Positions 6,019 to 13,484 of a DNA stretch of 13,484 nucleotides are shown piece by piece. The notes beneath the pieces were generated by a model. It was not told where the DNA came from and did not search any database. It saw nothing but the letters and a program-made list of their open reading frames with translations. Position 1 is the first letter of the stretch; each line of letters starts with the position of its first letter. Source of the DNA: Fidelibacterota bacterium (lineage in GTDB: Bacteria; Fidelibacterota; Marinisomatia; Marinisomatales; TCS56); assembly GCA_043822705.1 (NCBI GenBank), contig JBDRBK010000151.1, positions 1 to 13,484 of the forward strand, read 5' to 3'. The position numbers were made by a program, and so were the translations under genes.

Positions 6019-9000
6019 CGGACCAGCATGATTTTTTGGGTTTTGACGTAATCAGCGCCGGCCTGCATGCGGACAAAATACAGGCCCGATGCCACCGGAA
6101 CACCACGGGAATTGCGGCTGTCCCAGCGGATTTCATGACGGCCCAGGGCCTGAACCTCGTCCGCCAGGACCGTTACCTCCTGCCCCAGGAGATTGAATAC
6201 ATCGATCCGGACGCGCTGCTCCGGTCCGTCCCTGAATCCCAGGTCGTAGACGATCGTGGTGGCCGGGTTGAACGGATTGGGATAATTGGGACGCAGACTG
6301 GTATGTTCGGGCACGATCAGGGTACGGCGACCCAGCCGGAAATAGCCCATCTCGGTCGTCCAGGCGATAATCTCACCCTGATCGGACAGTGACGGCAGTT
6401 CGGTCCAGCCGGACCCGCTGTTACGGTAGATTGCCTGGTCTTCTCTGTCTTTGGCAAATCGCACCTGCACCGGCCGGTCGAAACGCAGTCCTGCAGCGCC
6501 CAACCGATAGGATGCGGCTATCCCTTCGCGGCTGTCGATCAGGGTCGAGTCGACCATCAGCAGCCGGCGGGTGGTCGTCACGGCACCGGTTTTACCGGCG
6601 ATCCGGAAGATACCATCGTTGCTGGCGCCGTTCCAGACGGCACCGGCCCGCGCCAGCACCACGGCGCCGGTACGGGTGATCGTGGTGTCTCCGACGACAC
6701 CCTGGGCGTGAGCACTGATCGTGAAGGTCGCTACCTGTTCCAGCGCTGTACGGCCGATATAAATATAGTCTGCGATCGTATCCAGGTTGACGGCGGCGGT
6801 GTTAACAGTCACGGCGCAGTCGACGGTTTTCTGGACCGTATCGGTGACGATTATTTCATAATTGCCGGTGAAGGCGCTGTTCTGGATTATGGCCAGCGTC
6901 AGATGGGGCCGGTCGACGCGGATTATATCGAGGGTGAATTCGGTGGTGTCGGCGGCGTTGGAATCGTCACGCACGATCAGCCGAATCCGGGCCGAATCGG
7001 ACCACAGTGCCTGTGGTGTGAACAGTACTGAATCGCCTAGGCCGGATGAAATGAACGAGGCGCTGGAAATCGTCAGGTAACCGGCATTGGTCAACGCCGC
7101 GACCGTAAAGGTCAAAGTGGCATCGTCCACATCATAAACATATTCACCCAGATCGATCCGCAGTGAATCATTTTCGATAATGGCCTGGTCCGGGATCGTC
7201 GTCAGGACCGGCGGATCGTTACGGGATTCGACCGCCAGCAGCAGCGTATCGACGGCGATCGCTCCGTCGGGATCGCGGGCATAGAACACCAGCCGGTGCA
7301 GGGCGCCGAAATAGTTGGAATCGGCGGTGATCGTGGCGAAGGTCGAATCGTTGGATTCGCTGAGTGTCACCTGCACCTTGGGATCGGCCGCCCAGGCGGC
7401 GGCAGCGGCGGCATGCGTTTCCAGAGATGCCAGCCCGATTGCCGGAACGAACGAAACCAGTGGTCGCGACCTGACAGCCAGCGCCGGGTTATAGCCCCGG
7501 TTCAGGGACGGATATCCGGGATTGTTCACCGTATCCAGAATCGTGCAACCGTACCAGATCAAGTCCTCCAGATCGTCATCCTCATCACTGATGAAATGAT
7601 CCAGGTAAATGCGGCTAGTGCGCAGCGAGTCCTCCACCAGTACTACGGTGGAATCATTGAAAGCAATCAGCGGCGCGTCATTGACCGGCAGGGCGCTGAC
7701 CACATAAACCAGAGTATCTTTGAAGCCCCAGTTGTCATTGACGTAAACGGTGAAATCATAGATGCCCGTATCGACCGGCGCCGGGGTCCAGGTGATGGCA
7801 CCGGTCGCACTGATCGTCGCCGGTGTCGCTGGCGTCCAGCCATCCCGGTGAACCGGTAGCAGTTGAAAGATAAAGGAATCATCGTTGATCGTCGCCAAAT
7901 CGGGATCGGTCACTGCAATTGTGTCGCTATAGGCCAAATCTTCATATACAATCGTCGTAGAAATTGCGGTGATTACCGGGGCGGAATTCAACCGCAGGAA
8001 GGCCGACGACTCCTTGTCGGCGGACGACACATTGCCGGCCACATCCCAGGCCCGGACGCGAATCCGGTAACTCTGCAGGTGTGTCAGGGCCAGGGTCGTA
8101 TCGACAGAGGTGCTCAATCCGGCCGAAGTCCAATCCAGAAAATCCGACCAGGCCGGTCCCATCCCCTGGAATTGCACGGACCATTCATAGCGGGTGATTC
8201 CCGAAGCGGTGGCGGGAACCGGGTCGCTGAAAGCACCCCAGGCGATATTCAGATTATCATTGGAAATCAGGGTATCCGGACTGGTGCTGTTCCAGGTCAG
8301 AGTTGCACCAATCGTTGGTCCGACGATATCATAAACCAGCCGGTTGGCGCTGACGGCCCCGTAGGTTACATTGTATGCCCGATCGTATTTGGCGACACGG
8401 GTCAGAATCGTATCTCCCTGCTCAACCGTTACCGCCGGCAGAGCGTTCAGGGCGGCCAGAACAGTGTCGATTTCCCGGTATTTGGTACGGTTGCCGGTAA
8501 TCACCAGGATATCGGCGGAACCGGCCGTGGCCCAGGTGGTGCTGGTATCCATCTTGGAATTGATCGCATACTGCAGAACGGCCTGGCCATACAGGTCGGC
8601 GGTTAGGACCGGTACGATGATGCTGAGGCTGTCGTTGGAATTATTAATCCAATTGGTAATCACGTTGCCACCCACTGCGACCACCGCGCCAGTGGTAAAG
8701 GCCGCCGGTGGCGTGTTATCGACAATGAATATATTATCGTCGAGGAAACTGTTGACCAGATTTCCAGCCAGATCGCGGCCGCTGGCAGTGACCGTCATGG
8801 CGGCGCTGTTGGACGCACCAACCGGAAGGATCACATCAAAAATCCAGGTGCTGTCGGCGGCGGTGGCACTGGTATAGGTAACGCTCGTTTCCAGATCAAC
8901 GCCATACTGAACATCCAAAGTCGGGGCGCTGCCGCCGCTACGCATCCGGTCGTTGAAGGCCGCCGTGATCCGGACACCGTCGCCCCCCTTACCCAGGTTG

Positions 9001-12000
9001 GTCAGGCTGGTCTGGGTGGTATTTACATAACTGAAGGTTACCGTCGGCGCTACATTGTCGACCACCAGTGTATCGGCGTGAAACATGCTGTCAGCCGGCA
9101 CGGCGTTGCCGGCCAGATCGTTGGCCTGAACACTGACCAGAACAATACCATCATTGGCGGCACCCGTTGGCATCGTGGCGGCGTAGGTCCAGATCGTGGA
9201 GTCGCTGCCGGTCGTCACAGTCAATGCGTTGCTGCTGCTGATACCATTGCCCTCATTATAGTCCAGAAGAATCATCGGATTCGGCAAGAAGCCGTATTCA
9301 CCGTCCATGGTTTCGCTGAAGGTAGCAGTGATCGTGACCACCGTCCCGGCGTTGGCGTAATACTGGGAATAGGTCAGTTCTACCGACGGATCGGTCACGT
9401 CATAGGTAACGTCCTCCACCGTCAGTGTGCCGCTATTGCCGGCGGAGTCGATACCGGTGAAGATCATGTCGTAGCGGGCGCCGTCGGTGAGGGCCGGATC
9501 GTTGGTCACCAGGGCTACGGCCCGGGTGCCGGCCGCTAATTCCGCCCCGGCCAGGGTGCTGGTGACAGTACCACCGGGACCGGCCACCCGACTCCACAGA
9601 ATACTGCCGGAAAGTAAATCTTCCGAGAGCGTCCAACCGACCTGTTTGTGGTTGACGTACGCGCCGGTGGTGTTGGATACAGCTGAAAAGACCGGATCGG
9701 TGTTATCCACTCGCAACGCCCGCCGGCCGGTCGTGGCCGCGTTGGTCAGGGCGTTACCGGCCAAATCGGTACCGATGATACTGATCGTAGCGTTGCCGTC
9801 ATTACCCGCCGGCGCCGTCGTGGAGTAGGTCCAGGTCAGTACATCGGCCTGAGTCAGGGCGACCGTATCCAGCTCCGACCCTTCCGCGTAAAGTACATAG
9901 ACTTCCGGAGCAGTCATTGATTCGGAGAAGTCGACAATGATGTTGGTGACATCCCCTTGCTTGACCAGCGAATCGCTGAGCGAAATATAGGCCGCCGGCG
10001 GGGCGGTATCGATGACAATGTCGGCATTATCAGCGAGTGAACCGGCGTCGCCGGGTGTCGGCAGGGTCAGTACCAGGTTATTGCCGGCGGCGTCACGGAT
10101 TGTACCGCCATTCAAAGTCAGTGCCGTAGTGGCAGTGACATCAAGATCAGCGCTGGTATGTCCGGTGCCGACAATATAAAGGAACGAAATACTGCTGCTG
10201 CCGCTGCCTGTGCGGTAATTGGCTAAGGCATCGGTGCTGCCGGTCTCCAGACTGAGCTGGGGCGTGCCGACAATGTTGACATTATCGTCAGTAATAATCC
10301 GTACGTAGATTGAATCACCCTGATTGTAATAGCCATCGGCAGTGGACGATTGTACGGCCGTGACCGCCGGTTGGACGGTGGCAATGATCAGGACACTGGC
10401 GCTGGCAGTTCCACTGGTGCTGTTACCGGCGGCGTCGGTAATGGTCGCCTTGATTTTCAAGCTACCGCCGTCTACGAAATCATCCAGCGCCGCCAGATCG
10501 GCTAAGACTACCGAAAGTGTTTTGCTGGCGTTGAGATTGCCGGCGATAATCGCCGAGGAATTGCCGATGTTTACATAAGTATTCGGATCGACTGCCCCCA
10601 TAAGTTGTACGGAACCGTTGATCAGACTATTATCGCTGGCGATCGGTACGATGACATTGAGACCGGTATTGGTACCATTCCAGTAGCCACTGACGACCCG
10701 GCCGCCAGTGGGCGTGGCCGTACCGGTGACGAACCCGGCGGGGACGACAGTATCCACATAAATAGTGGTTGAACTGGCCGTACCAACGGTACTGTTGCTA
10801 TAGATGTCGGTAATGCGGGCGGAGATAATTACACTGATGTTTTCCGCGTAAAACGACAGCCCTTCGAACTGGGCCGCGGAAATGGTCACTGTGGCCGAAT
10901 CACCCAGGTCGCTGTTCAATATAGTATAGCTGCTCCCGAGATTTTCATAATTCCCGGTGGACAGTTTGGCCAGCACCTGGATCGTGCCGCTTTCCAGATC
11001 GGTAGCGTTTTCAACCGGGACACGCACGGTTAATCCCGTATTGGAATTGTTCCAGTATCCGGCAACAGACGGCGTTCCGGCCGTCGTTACTTTACCTACC
11101 GTGAAGGCCACCGGCGGATCGTCATTATCGGTGATCGTATAGGTATGCCGGAAGGCAGTGCCCAGCGTCGCATTGACCGGACCGGACAGATCAATGATGA
11201 TCGTTTCGCTGACTTCGTCGAGGTTGTCGTTATTGATAATCGCCAGGATCGAATCGGTAGTTCCTCCGGCGGGGATTGTCAGTGTTCCCGCAGGGAGACT
11301 GTAATCGATATTGCCGCTGGTAGCCGTGCCCCCGGAAACCGCATAGTTCACAGTAATTTCCTGCCCGGAGACCGCCGAAAGCACGACATTGAAATAGACG
11401 CTGTCAATACTCTCACCGCCGGTCGATCCGGCGGTAGTAAAGGCGATTGTCGGCGGATCATCATTGTCGGTAATCGTATAGGTATACTGGCTGGTAGCCC
11501 CGACGGTGGCATTGACCGGATCGGACAATGCAAAAATCACCGTTTCCGCGGCTTCGTCCAGCAAGTCGTTGGTCACGGAAAAAGTGAAAGTTTTGGATGT
11601 CTCACCGGCAGCGAAAGTGGCTGTGGCGGCAGTGTAGCTGAAATCAGTGCCACCGGCTGTGGCCGTTCCCCCGCTCAGATCATAGTCGACCGTGACCGTC
11701 CGCCCGGAAACCGGGGACAGGTTGATTGTCACCGTAACCGTCGTGGTGGCCTCGCCCCCGCTGGCCGCGGCTGTGGAAAAATTCACTAGCGGTAGATCGT
11801 CGTTATCAGTGATAGTATAAGTATAACTGGTATTTACACCAAGTGAGGCCGCCACCGGATTGGAAATATCGACAATAATCGTTTCCGCATTCTCATCCAG
11901 GGCATCATCCTCGATATCGATTGTTACGGTGGTAGTAGTCGCCCCGGCAGTGATCGTAGCAGTGCCCGCTGCCAGGGTATAATCGGTTCCGCTGCCGGTA

Positions 12001-13484
12001 GCCGTGCCCCCGCTTACGGCATAATCGACCGTTACATTACGGCCGGATACGGCGCTGATTTGCAGCCCCAGATTGACACTGGCCGTCCCTTCGCCGCCGC
12101 TGGAACTGGTGGCGGTAAACTGCACCGTCGGCGGGTCGTCATTATCGGTAATGGTCATTGTGTGACTGCTGATCGTTCCCAGATCGGCGCTATCCGGGCT
12201 GGACAGACCGATAATGACCGTCTCGCCGGCCTCATCCAGCAAATCGTCATTGATGGTCACGTCGATCGTGGTCGTGGTGGCGCCGGCCGCGATGGTGGCG
12301 GTCCCCGCCGCCAGGGTATAATCGACACCGGCCGGGCTGGCGGTCCCACCGGTTACGGCATAATCCACCGATACTTCCTTGCCGGATGCGACAGAGAGTT
12401 GAATGGTGATGGATTTGGGGGAAACTTCTTCGCTGACGGTGGAAGTGGCGTTGGCAAAAGCCACCTTGACCGGATTATCATTATCGGTAATAGTCAGTGT
12501 GTGAACGGTGTTTACCCCCAAAGTGGCGTTGGTTGGCGCTGCCAGGGTCACCACCACTGTTTCGTCGCGCTCATCCAAAGTGTCGTTGGTGATTGTCACC
12601 GGAACCGTGACAGTCGAGAGTCCGGCGGTGATCGTGGCTGTACCGCTGGCCAGAGTATAATCGACTCCGGCGCCGCTGGCGTTCCCACCGGTCACGGAAT
12701 AATTTGTGCTGGCATTCAAACCGGAAACGGCCGACAGCCGCACCGTCAGATTTTTCGTCCCGGCGGCTTCATCGGCAGCGGATGCTGTCAGACTGAAATC
12801 AATGGTCGGTGCCGTCTCGTTGTCGGTGATGGTGTAGGTGTGAACGGTCGTTCCACCTAAGGCCGAGTTGTTCGGATTGGACAAGGTCAAAATGATTGTT
12901 TCGCTGTTTTCCAGCAGGGCATCATCGACAATCGTTGCTTGAACCGTGGTCGAGGTGGCACCGGCAGTTATCGTGGCGGTGCCATTTGCCAGGGTGTAAT
13001 CGACACCGCCACCGCTGGCGGTTCCGGTAAGGGCGTAATCGACAGTCGCGTTCAGCCCGGAAATATCCGAAAGGTTGATCGTAATCGTAGCGGGCGTGGA
13101 ATTCTCGGCGCCACTGGATGTCGCGCTGGAAAAATAAATCGTCGGCGTCGGATCGTCGTCGGCAATTGTATAGGTATGGGTGAAATTGGCTCCCACGGTG
13201 GCATTGGTGGGACCCGCTAATTCCACTTCAATGGTTTCGTCGTCTTCGAAAATGGCGTCATTATTAATGACGATATTGATCAGCGTGGACGTGGCCCCGG
13301 CGGTAATCGTGGCCGTGCCGCTGGCCAGGGTATAATCGGTGCCGCTGCCACTGGCGGTGCCACCGGTGGCGGCATAGCCGACGGTGACATTACGGGCCGA
13401 TGCAGCGCTGAGCTGGACCGTCAGACTGACCGGCGAGGTCGCCTCGGAACCGGTGCTGGTGGTGCTGGAAAAAGCAATCGATGG
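6015..13484 (-). CDS. Giant secreted Calx-beta / Ig-like / cadherin-like repeat protein (putative adhesin or surface protein) with FlgD-Ig/T9SS type A-like C-terminal domain; 5'-partial, >=2489 aa
   Basis: The frame stays open from the ORF-track start (internal GTG 13226) to the window edge (PSIAFSSTTSTGSEATSPVSLTVQLSAASARNVTVGYAATGGTASGSGTDYTLASG...NDAIFEDDETIEVEL). Order: 7 Calx-beta (13484-11118), two 124-aa repeats, DxAGN-type Ig-like domains (~10370-8712), third repeat copy, FN3-like (~8318-7995), three cadherin-like NxxP domains (~7988-6915), further beta domains, CTD NYPNPFNPATTIVY...KIMLVR (6314-6015). Confidence 0.93.
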   Translation of the reverse strand, partial: PSIAFSSTTSTGSEATSPVSLTVQLSAASARNVTVGYAATGGTASGSGTDYTLASGTATITAGATSTLINIVINNDAIFEDDETIEVELAGPTNATVGANFTHTYTIADDDPTPTIYFSSATSSGAENSTPATITINLSDISGLNATVDYALTGTASGGGVDYTLANGTATITAGATSTTVQATIVDDALLENSETIILTLSNPNNSALGGTTVHTYTITDNETAPTIDFSLTASAADEAAGTKNLTVRLSAVSGLNASTNYSVTGGNASGAGVDYTLASGTATITAGLSTVTVPVTITNDTLDERDETVVVTLAAPTNATLGVNTVHTLTITDNDNPVKVAFANATSTVSEEVSPKSITIQLSVASGKEVSVDYAVTGGTASPAGVDYTLAAGTATIAAGATTTTIDVTINDDLLDEAGETVIIGLSSPDSADLGTISSHTMTITDNDDPPTVQFTATSSSGGEGTASVNLGLQISAVSGRNVTVDYAVSGGTATGSGTDYTLAAGTATITAGATTTTVTIDIEDDALDENAETIIVDISNPVAASLGVNTSYTYTITDNDDLPLVNFSTAAASGGEATTTVTVTINLSPVSGRTVTVDYDLSGGTATAGGTDFSYTAATATFAAGETSKTFTFSVTNDLLDEAAETVIFALSDPVNATVGATSQYTYTITDNDDPPTIAFTTAGSTGGESIDSVYFNVVLSAVSGQEITVNYAVSGGTATSGNIDYSLPAGTLTIPAGGTTDSILAIINNDNLDEVSETIIIDLSGPVNATLGTAFRHTYTITDNDDPPVAFTVGKVTTAGTPSVAGYWNNSNTGLTVRVPVENATDLESGTIQVLAKLSTGNYENLGSSYTILNSDLGDSATVTISAAQFEGLSFYAENISVIISARITDIYSNSTVGTASSTTIYVDTVVPAGFVTGTATPTGGRVVSGYWNGTNTGLNVIVPIASDNSLINGSVQLMGAVDPNTYVNIGNSSAIIAGNLNASKTLSVVLADLAALDDFVDGGSLKIKATITDAAGNSTSGTASASVLIIATVQPAVTAVQSSTADGYYNQGDSIYVRIITDDNVNIVGTPQLSLETGSTDALANYRTGSGSSSISFLYIVGTGHTSADLDVTATTALTLNGGTIRDAAGNNLVLTLPTPGDAGSLADNADIVIDTAPPAAYISLSDSLVKQGDVTNIIVDFSESMTAPEVYVLYAEGSELDTVALTQADVLTWTYSTTAPAGNDGNATISIIGTDLAGNALTNAATTGRRALRVDNTDPVFSAVSNTTGAYVNHKQVGWTLSEDLLSGSILWSRVAGPGGTVTSTLAGAELAAGTRAVALVTNDPALTDGARYDMIFTGIDSAGNSGTLTVEDVTYDVTDPSVELTYSQYYANAGTVVTITATFSETMDGEYGFLPNPMILLDYNEGNGISSSNALTVTTGSDSTIWTYAATMPTGAANDGIVLVSVQANDLAGNAVPADSMFHADTLVVDNVAPTVTFSYVNTTQTSLTNLGKGGDGVRITAAFNDRMRSGGSAPTLDVQYGVDLETSVTYTSATAADSTWIFDVILPVGASNSAAMTVTASGRDLAGNLVNSFLDDNIFIVDNTPPAAFTTGAVVAVGGNVITNWINNSNDSLSIIVPVLTADLYGQAVLQYAINSKMDTSTTWATAGSADILVITGNRTKYREIDTVLAALNALPAVTVEQGDTILTRVAKYDRAYNVTYGAVSANRLVYDIVGPTIGATLTWNSTSPDTLISNDNLNIAWGAFSDPVPATASGITRYEWSVQFQGMGPAWSDFLDWTSAGLSTSVDTTLALTHLQSYRIRVRAWDVAGNVSSADKESSAFLRLNSAPVITAISTTIVYEDLAYSDTIAVTDPDLATINDDSFIFQLLPVHRDGWTPATPATISATGAITWTPAPVDTGIYDFTVYVNDNWGFKDTLVYVVSALPVNDAPLIAFNDSTVVLVEDSLRTSRIYLDHFISDEDDDLEDLIWYGCTILDTVNNPGYPSLNRGYNPALAVRSRPLVSFVPAIGLASLETHAAAAAAWAADPKVQVTLSESNDSTFATITADSNYFGALHRLVFYARDPDGAIAVDTLLLAVESRNDPPVLTTIPDQAIIENDSLRIDLGEYVYDVDDATLTFTVAALTNAGYLTISSASFISSGLGDSVLFTPQALWSDSARIRLIVRDDSNAADTTEFTLDIIRVDRPHLTLAIIQNSAFTGNYEIIVTDTVQKTVDCAVTVNTAAVNLDTIADYIYIGRTALEQVATFTISAHAQGVVGDTTITRTGAVVLARAGAVWNGASNDGIFRIAGKTGAVTTTRRLLMVDSTLIDSREGIAASYRLGAAGLRFDRPVQVRFAKDREDQAIYRNSGSGWTELPSLSDQGEIIAWTTEMGYFRLGRRTLIVPEHTSLRPNYPNPFNPATTIVYDLGFRDGPEQRVRIDVFNLLGQEVTVLADEVQALGRHEIRWDSRNSRGVPVASGLYFVRMQAGADYVKTQKIMLVR
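11118..13484 (-). repeat. Tandem array of 7 Calx-beta coding repeats, period 339 nt (113 aa; one unit 336 nt)
   Basis: Consensus PTIxF...SGxE...LSxxSG..VTVDY...GGTA...GxDY..xGTATIxAG.T...IxDDxLDE..ETI...LS.P.NA.LG...HTYTITDND. DNA anchor gccagggtataatcg and variants start at 11971, 12310, 12649, 12988 and 13324. Confidence 0.92.

Noticed and set aside
5994..13220. Many plus-strand and alternative-frame ORFs within the giant gene
   Set aside because: Expected shadow ORFs of a GC-rich, codon-biased repeat gene. None has a recognisable product.
13224..13226. ORF-track start of the giant protein
   Set aside because: Internal GTG (Val) within a Calx-beta repeat. The frame is open to 13484 and no signal peptide is present here.
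11118..13484. Periodic DNA repeats as a CRISPR array or DGR repeats
   Set aside because: Period is 339 nt, in frame and protein-coding. No cas or reverse transcriptase gene is present in the window.

Overview
Bacterial chromosomal window with every supported gene on the minus strand. Two proteins end in 'NYPNPFNPxTxIxY...KxxxxK/R' FlgD-Ig/T9SS-type-A-like sorting domains, which points to the FCB group (Marinisomatota/Fidelibacterota-like; inference). In transcription order (right to left): a giant secreted repeat protein open past the window edge (>=2489 aa: 7 Calx-beta repeats, Ig-like, FN3-like and cadherin-like domains, C-terminal sorting domain), a coupled TPR lipoprotein, tadA, tRNA-Ser(CGA), a nested palindrome at the tRNA 3' end followed by a frameshifted short GIY-YIG nuclease gene in an AT-rich patch, a HAD hydrolase coupled to an EamA/DMT transporter, an unknown lipoprotein, and a secreted FG-GAP repeat protein. 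No CRISPR array, integrase, transposase or recognisable defence operon is visible. The best leads are the tRNA/palindrome/GIY-YIG module and an unrecognised ~124-aa repeat in the giant protein. Both are hypotheses, not demonstrated novel systems.
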